Positions 58,061-64,000 of a stretch of 64,000 nt of DNA are shown piece by piece. Every line of letters starts with the position of its first letter. The first letter of the stretch is position 1. Under the pieces are notes generated by a model, which saw only the letters and a list, made by a program, of their open reading frames with translations, did not search any database and was not told the origin of the DNA. Source of the stretch: an uncultured Gemmatimonadales bacterium (GTDB lineage Bacteria > Gemmatimonadota > Gemmatimonadetes > Longimicrobiales > RSA9); contig CAWCUS010000002.1 in assembly GCA_963798845.1 (NCBI GenBank), positions 1 to 64,000 of the forward strand, read 5' to 3'. The translations under genes and the position numbers were made by a program.

Positions 58061-60655
58061 CTACATGGCGCCGCCGAGGAAGACGGCGTTGGCGAAGAGC
58101 GGGAGCAGCCCGCGCCACATCGCGCGGAAATTCGGGTCGCCGGTGAAGGCGATGAGGCGGCCGGAGCCGAGGCCCTCGGTGAAGAGGTACGGCGTCCCGG
58201 CCACGCGGGCCGGGATCTCGGGCCAGAGGTAGCCGGCCAGGCGGAGTCGGTCCTCGTCGGCGTAGCGGAGCACGACCTCGCCGGGCCGCGCGTCGTCGGG
58301 CGCCTGGTAGACGCGGCTGCCGAAGAGAAGAACCGGAATCTCCCGATCCTCGATCCCCGCCATGATCGGAGAGAGCGTGTCGGCAACGGTGCGCAGGATG
58401 GCGCCCGGCACGGAAGTCGGGAGTGGCGCCCCGGTCTCGCCCTCGGCCGGCTCCGGCTCGGGCCGCGCGGTCAGCCGGGAGAACCCGTCCGCGGAGGCGA
58501 GCCAGGCGGTCGCGGCGTCCAGCGTGATGAGCGTGCCGCCGTTGCGGACCCAGGTGCGGAGCGCGTCCGCGCCGTGGTCGCCGAGAGCCGAGCCGAAGTC
58601 GAACGCGGACGGCACGACCACGACGTTGAAGTCGTCGAGGGCCTCGAGGAGGTCCGGCAGCTCGATGCGCGTGACGGGAAAGTCGAGGAGCTGGTCGAAC
58701 GTGAACCAGGTGGCCCCGTAGGAGCTCGAGCTCACCGCGTCGCCGGCCACCAGCGCCACGCGCGGGATCGGGATGGACTGCACGCTGTTGCTGCCCAGGT
58801 CGGTGCCGCTCTCCACCAGGGCGTTGTTCACCGGAACGACGCGCGCGCGCGTGGCTTCGCCCGCCCGCGCCACCAGGGCGTGCACGTCTCGCCCGGGGTT
58901 CCGGTTCACCACCACGACGAAGGCGCCACGCGGGAAGTCCCCGCCGGGGACGGTGAACGAGCGGGGGGCGAAGCGCACCCGTACACTGTCGGCCAGGAGC
59001 CGCGCGAGCATGCGCAGTCCGCTCTCGCTGCCCGGCTCGAAGGCGTAGGCGTACCCGGCGCGGCCGGGTGGGGCGGGAGCGGCGGTCTCCGGCGGGACCT
59101 CGCCCGTCGGCTGCACGGTTTCCGGCGTCCACCACGCGTCGACCCGGTAGAGGAAGGGGAGCGCCCAGCCGGTCATGTCGTAGAAGCGGTCGCCCATCCC
59201 CGCTTCGCGCCGCGCAAGCTCCTCCTCGATGAACGCCGGGTCGAAGGCGGGATCGGGCTCCAACAGCGTCTTCGCGAGGGTTCCCTCGGGCTGCGAAAGG
59301 TCGACCACGTAGGCGCCCGCGTCCACGCGCACGCGGCCCGCATGCTGATCGCCGTAGCGGGTCGCGCGGCGCAGGTCGACCGGGGCCGTGGTGCGCTTCA
59401 CCTCGATGTCGTTGCGGCGCAGCACCGTCACCATGGAGTCTGCCCGGCCATCGGCGTCGCGGGCGAAGATGAGCGTGCGCATGGGGGCGTTCGCGTTGCC
59501 GCGGATGGACGCCTGGCGGAAGGCCAGGAAATCGCCCACGCGCTCGGCGCGGTAGCGGGCGGCGGTGAGCAGCGTCGCCCGGCTGGTGGTGTAGTGGTGC
59601 TTCGCCGCGTCCATGAGGGTGAGGAGGGAGCCGTCATCGCGGCGGATCGCCCCGCCCTCGCTGGAGCCCTGCTCGTAGGTCATCCCGATGGCGCCGCTGT
59701 AGAGCGGCCACGAGGGGCCGTAGCCGGGGAAGAACTCGTCGTAGCCCTCGCGGGTGAAGAAGCCCCAGCCGTGCTCCGCGAACGCCGCGGCGTTGGCGCG
59801 CGAGAAGCGCTGCCACCCCTTGCGGATGAGGTCGGAGACATTGGCGTTCACAGGCGCCATGGGCGGAGCGAAGAAGTACGTGGAACTGGACCCCATCTCG
59901 TGCAGGTCCGCCGCTACGTGCGGGTACCACTTCCGGAACACGGCCATCCGGCCCTGCGTCTCCGGGTTGTCGTGGACGATCCAGTCCCGGTTCAGGTCGA
60001 ACAGGTAGTGGTTCGTCCGCCCGCCGTGCCAGTCGTGAAAGTGGACCACCGCGCGGGGGTACGGGTCAGGGCCGAAGCGGCCCAGGTCCCACATCACCTG
60101 CTGCACGTGCCGCTCGTGGCCGTCCGGGTTCTGCACCGGGTCGATCAGCACCAGGACGCTGTCCAGGATCATCTTCGTGTCCGGGTCCTGACCGGCCGTG
60201 AGCTGGTACAGCGTGGCCATGGCCGCTTCCACGCCCGACGCCTCATCGCCGTGGACGGTGTAGCCGAGCCACACGATGGCGGGCGTGGACGCGACCGCCT
60301 GGCGCAGCTCCGCTTCCGAAGCGCCACGGGGATCCGCGAGCCGGTGGGCCAGCGCGTTGAGCTCATCGAGGCGACGCATGTTGGCCTCGGATGACACCGT
60401 GGCCAGCAGCACCGGTCGACCCTCCCAGGTCGTCGCCACCGTGTCCAGGCGCATGCGCGGACTCGCGCTCGCCAGCGCGGACAGGTAGCGCACCACCATG
60501 TGGTCGGGGGTGAAGCGGGTGCCGATCTCGTAGCCCAGCACCGACGCCGGGGTCGGGATCGAGGGATCGTATGGCCCGCCCTCACCCAGCGCGTGCTGCG
60601 CGACGGCGGGAGCGGCGGAAACGAGGAGCAGGCAAAGGGCGAGGAGACGCCTCAC
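58061..60655 (-). CDS. Secreted M14-family zinc carboxypeptidase-like protein
   Basis: TVHGDE, QNPDG, GRTNHYLFDLNRD, DLHEM; C-terminal GATase-like domain. Confidence 0.9.
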   Translation of the reverse strand: MRRLLALCLLLVSAAPAVAQHALGEGGPYDPSIPTPASVLGYEIGTRFTPDHMVVRYLSALASASPRMRLDTVATTWEGRPVLLATVSSEANMRRLDELNALAHRLADPRGASEAELRQAVASTPAIVWLGYTVHGDEASGVEAAMATLYQLTAGQDPDTKMILDSVLVLIDPVQNPDGHERHVQQVMWDLGRFGPDPYPRAVVHFHDWHGGRTNHYLFDLNRDWIVHDNPETQGRMAVFRKWYPHVAADLHEMGSSSTYFFAPPMAPVNANVSDLIRKGWQRFSRANAAAFAEHGWGFFTREGYDEFFPGYGPSWPLYSGAIGMTYEQGSSEGGAIRRDDGSLLTLMDAAKHHYTTSRATLLTAARYRAERVGDFLAFRQASIRGNANAPMRTLIFARDADGRADSMVTVLRRNDIEVKRTTAPVDLRRATRYGDQHAGRVRVDAGAYVVDLSQPEGTLAKTLLEPDPAFDPAFIEEELARREAGMGDRFYDMTGWALPFLYRVDAWWTPETVQPTGEVPPETAAPAPPGRAGYAYAFEPGSESGLRMLARLLADSVRVRFAPRSFTVPGGDFPRGAFVVVVNRNPGRDVHALVARAGEATRARVVPVNNALVESGTDLGSNSVQSIPIPRVALVAGDAVSSSSYGATWFTFDQLLDFPVTRIELPDLLEALDDFNVVVVPSAFDFGSALGDHGADALRTWVRNGGTLITLDAATAWLASADGFSRLTARPEPEPAEGETGAPLPTSVPGAILRTVADTLSPIMAGIEDREIPVLLFGSRVYQAPDDARPGEVVLRYADEDRLRLAGYLWPEIPARVAGTPYLFTEGLGSGRLIAFTGDPNFRAMWRGLLPLFANAVFLGGAM

Positions 60656-60750
60656 GTCCAGCCTCCGGTTGGTCGCATTCTGTGGTCAGGTGTGACCGCA
60701 AAAGCTACGGAAGCCGTGGAGCGGGGGCCAGCCCCGCACGGTGCGGGCGC

Positions 60751-63432
60751 CTATCTCAACGTCGGCCCGAGGAACACCGCGTTGGCGAAGACCGGCATCA
60801 GGCCGCGCCACATGCCGCGGAAGTTGGGGTCGCCGGCAAAGGCGACGACGCGGCCCGCGCCCACTCGCTCCGTCCACAGGTACGGGCTCCCCGCCACGCG
60901 CTCGGGCACTTCGGGCCAGAGATAGCCAGCGATGCGAAGCCGGTCCGCGCCGGCGTAGCGCAGCACCACCTCGCCCGCGCGCACGTCGGCGGGGGCGGCG
61001 TAGATGCGGTCGCCGGAGAGCAGCACCGGTAGCTCCGCTCCGGCAACGCCCGCCAGCAGCGGAGACAGGGTGTCGGCCAGGGTCCGGACGATCGCGCCCG
61101 GGACGGAGGCGGGGAGCGGCGCGCCGCCATCGGCCGCCGGGGGCGGAAGCGGCGAGAAGCGGCCGAGCCCCGAGTCACCGGCGAGCCAGGCCGTGGCAGC
61201 GTCGAGCGTCACCAGCGTCCCGCCGCCCCGGACCCAGCGCTCGAGCGCGGCCGCCCCGTCCTCTCCGAGCACGGCATCCAGGCGTGCGGTGGACGGGAGC
61301 ACGACCACGTCGAGGTCGCCGAGGGCGCGGCCGAGACGTCCAGCCTCGACACGGGTGACCGGGTAGCGGAGCAGGCGGTCGAACGCGTACCACGCCGCGC
61401 CGTACGAGGAGGCGCTCACGCCTTCGCCCCCGACCAGCGCGACGCGCGAGACCGGGATCGTGACCACGCTGTTGCTCCCCAGGTCGGTGCCGGCGTCCAC
61501 CAGAGCGTTGTCGATCGCCACGATCCGGGCGCCCGTGGCCGCAGCCAGCGCGCGCACCCGGTCGTGGATGGCGGAGCCGTTGCGACCCACCACCACCAGG
61601 AACGCGCCATCGGGGAAGTCGGCGCTCCCCACGCGGAACCCTCGCCGGGCGTGCCGCACCCGGACGCTGTCCGCGAGCAGCCCGGCGAGCATGCGCAGGG
61701 AGGCGTCGCTCCCCGGCGCGAACGCATAGGCGTAGCGGGCCGCGGCCAGGGGCGGCTCGACCGACCCCGCGGGGAGCGGTGCGAGCGCGGCCCGCTCCAG
61801 GGTCTCGGCCGTCGCGGGGGAGGCGCTCCACGCCAAGTACGCGGGCGGGGGCACGGGCCGGGCGCCCGTCAGGGCGCCGGCGGTGGCCCAGGCGCGGACG
61901 CGGAACGTGAACGGGAGCGACCAGGCGGTGATGTCGTAGAAGCGGTCGCGCTGACCGGTCCGGCGCGCTTCCAGCTCCTCCCTGATGAAAGCGGAATCGA
62001 GCGCGGCATCCGGCTCCAGGAGGGCGCGGGCGAGCCGACCCTGCGGCTGCGCGAGGTCCACCACCCACGCGCCGGCCGGCAGCGTGACACGGCGAGCGCG
62101 TGACTCGCCGTACGGAGTGGCGGTGCCCGTCGTCGCCTGCGGGAGCATGCCCACCTCGATCCCGTTCTCGAGCAGGACCCGTACGAGCGCGGACGCCCGG
62201 CCGCCGGCGCCGGGCTCCAGCACCACGGTCCTGAGCGGCGCGAGCCCGGCTTCCGTCACGGCCGAGCGGCGGAAGGCGGCAAAGTCGCGCACCCGGTCGG
62301 TCCGCAGACGGGCGGCGGTGACGAGGGTGGCCATGGCCGCGGTGTAATGGCGGCGTGCGGCGTCGGCAAGCGTGACGATGGTGCCGTCGTCCCGGCGAAC
62401 GGCCCCGCCGCCGCTCGACGCCTCCTCGTACGTCATGCCGATGGCACCGGTGAGCACGGGCCAGGAGACGCCATAGCCGGGGTAGAACTCGTCGTAGCCT
62501 TCGCGGGTGAAGAAGCCCCACCCCCGTGCGGCGAGGGCGTCGGCGTTGGCTCGCGCGAAGATGCGCCACCAGGCCTCGATCCCGGGGGTGACGTTCGGGT
62601 TGATCGGCTCCATCGGCGGCGCGAAGAAGTACGTGGAGCTCGAGCCCATCTCGTGCAGGTCCACGGCCACGTGGGGGTGCCACGCCGCGAACGTCCGCAT
62701 CCGCCCCAGCGTCTCGGGGTGCGTGTGGAGGAACCAGTCACGGTTCAGGTCGAAGAGGTAATGGCTCGTCCGCCCGCCTGGCCAGCCCTGCGTCTGCACC
62801 ATCGCCCCGGGGTAGGGGTCGGGGCCGTACGCCCCGAGGTCCCGCAGCACATCCTGGACGTGCCGCTCGTGGCCGTCCGGATTCTGCACCGGATCGAGCA
62901 GGACCACGACGCTGTCCAGCACCATCAGCGTCTCCGCATCCCGACCGGCCGCAAGCTGGTAGAGCACGCCCAGCCCCGCCTCGACGCCCGACCCCTCGTT
63001 GCCGTGGATCGTGAAGCCGAGCCAGGCCACCGTCGGCGTGGTCGCCACGAGCCGATCCAGCTCGGTCCGGCTCTCGCCCCGTGGATCCGCCAGCTTGTCC
63101 GCCGCCTCGCGGATCGCGTCCAGCCTCGCCTGGTTCTCCGGCGACGTCACCGTCAGCAGGAGCACGTCGCGCCCTTCGTAGCTCACCGCCACCGTGTCCA
63201 GCCGCACGCGTGGGCTCGCTTCCGCCACTGCACGGGCGTAGCGCTCGATCAGGTGGTGCGGCGTGAAGCGCGACCCGAGCCCGTAGCCCAGAACGGACGC
63301 CGGCGTCGGCACGGCCGGGTCGTACGGACCGGCCTGCGCCGGATCCGCCAGGGCGTGCTGCGCTACCGCGGGCGAGAACGCGCCGCTCGTGACGGCGGCC
63401 ATGAGCAGAAGGACGGCGAGGATGCGCTGCAC
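60751..63432 (-). CDS. Secreted M14-family zinc carboxypeptidase-like protein (paralog)
   Basis: TIHGNE, QNPDG, DLNRD, DLHEM; GTG start after GGAGG; signal peptide. Confidence 0.9.
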   Translation of the reverse strand: MQRILAVLLLMAAVTSGAFSPAVAQHALADPAQAGPYDPAVPTPASVLGYGLGSRFTPHHLIERYARAVAEASPRVRLDTVAVSYEGRDVLLLTVTSPENQARLDAIREAADKLADPRGESRTELDRLVATTPTVAWLGFTIHGNEGSGVEAGLGVLYQLAAGRDAETLMVLDSVVVLLDPVQNPDGHERHVQDVLRDLGAYGPDPYPGAMVQTQGWPGGRTSHYLFDLNRDWFLHTHPETLGRMRTFAAWHPHVAVDLHEMGSSSTYFFAPPMEPINPNVTPGIEAWWRIFARANADALAARGWGFFTREGYDEFYPGYGVSWPVLTGAIGMTYEEASSGGGAVRRDDGTIVTLADAARRHYTAAMATLVTAARLRTDRVRDFAAFRRSAVTEAGLAPLRTVVLEPGAGGRASALVRVLLENGIEVGMLPQATTGTATPYGESRARRVTLPAGAWVVDLAQPQGRLARALLEPDAALDSAFIREELEARRTGQRDRFYDITAWSLPFTFRVRAWATAGALTGARPVPPPAYLAWSASPATAETLERAALAPLPAGSVEPPLAAARYAYAFAPGSDASLRMLAGLLADSVRVRHARRGFRVGSADFPDGAFLVVVGRNGSAIHDRVRALAAATGARIVAIDNALVDAGTDLGSNSVVTIPVSRVALVGGEGVSASSYGAAWYAFDRLLRYPVTRVEAGRLGRALGDLDVVVLPSTARLDAVLGEDGAAALERWVRGGGTLVTLDAATAWLAGDSGLGRFSPLPPPAADGGAPLPASVPGAIVRTLADTLSPLLAGVAGAELPVLLSGDRIYAAPADVRAGEVVLRYAGADRLRIAGYLWPEVPERVAGSPYLWTERVGAGRVVAFAGDPNFRGMWRGLMPVFANAVFLGPTLR

Positions 63433-63592
63433 GGGCGTGCCTCCGTCAGCAGAGGTGTCGGCGGCGGGAAGGGCGCCCGGAAGGTACGCGGGCCGCAGTA
63501 CGGCGGAAAGCCGTACGGGCGGGAGGCGGCGAGGCGCGGGACCCGGGGGCCGCGCTGGACCCGCCTGCGGTTGCGCACCCGCACGGTGACGA

Positions 63593-63985
63593 CTATGCCG
63601 TCTCGACCAGGGTGGCGACCCGGCTGCCGTGCTCGAGGGTGTGGTGGATCGTGCAGTGGCTCGCCACCCGGCGCGCTGCCCCGGCTCGGTCGTCGGGGAG
63701 GCCAGGCCAGTGGATCTGCATCCGGACCTCCGTGACGCGCACGGGCTCCCCGCCGATTTCCCACTCGATGCCGATCTCGAGCCCCTCCAGGGGCAGACCG
63801 GCGTGTTGCGCCCAGCCATGCAGCACGGAGAAGGTGCACGTGGCGAGGGACGCCGCGAAGAGGTGGAAAGGCGAGAGGCTCGCTTCGTTTGCCACGTCGA
63901 AGGCGAACGCCGGGTCGAGCCCGGAGTGCAGCCTGATTCGGTGCTCGGAAACGGTTTCGATCGTCACGGACCCCGTCTGGGGCAA
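63593..63985 (-). CDS. OsmC-family protein
   Basis: SPFHLFAASLATC..CTIHHTL; start near the window edge, uncertain. Confidence 0.8.
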   Translation of the reverse strand: MPQTGSVTIETVSEHRIRLHSGLDPAFAFDVANEASLSPFHLFAASLATCTFSVLHGWAQHAGLPLEGLEIGIEWEIGGEPVRVTEVRMQIHWPGLPDDRAGAARRVASHCTIHHTLEHGSRVATLVETA

Positions 63986-64000
63986 GAAGGAGGCCGGCAG

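Noticed and set aside
1..64000. tRNA/rRNA genes, IS transposases, prophage genes, antibiotic-resistance cassettes
   Set aside because: None recognised by eye; a covariance/HMM search would be needed to exclude small RNAs

Overview
High-GC bacterial chromosomal DNA; gene content and style suggest Gemmatimonadota, but that is an inference. The first 8.3 kb is an accessory island. A higBA module precedes an integron integrase (1238-2273) that points TOWARDS its cassette array (inverted-integrase layout). It is followed by a putative attI crossover at 2466 and seven cassettes bounded by seven attC sites, each readable from the sequence. Five of the seven cassettes are toxin-antitoxin modules of five different families. 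The attI-proximal cassette encodes an AbiJ-like HEPN protein, one cassette is unknown, and a truncated AbrB gene abuts the last attC. The rest looks chromosomal: split molybdo-hydroxylase (4-hydroxybenzoyl-CoA reductase-like) subunits, an ECF sigma operon, two tandem PAS/GAF kinases with bcp, pncA-gdhA, ispG, an M13 peptidase, rlpA, a glgE-treS/mak-malQ-glgB-GH57 alpha-glucan cluster, and a secreted peptidase/lipoprotein/outer-membrane locus with duplicated M14 peptidases. Two different tandem arrays facing each other as an inverted pair lie between gdhA and ispG. Five genes carry a single +1 frameshift, most likely sequencing errors. Family calls come from motif recognition by eye; no database searches were run.
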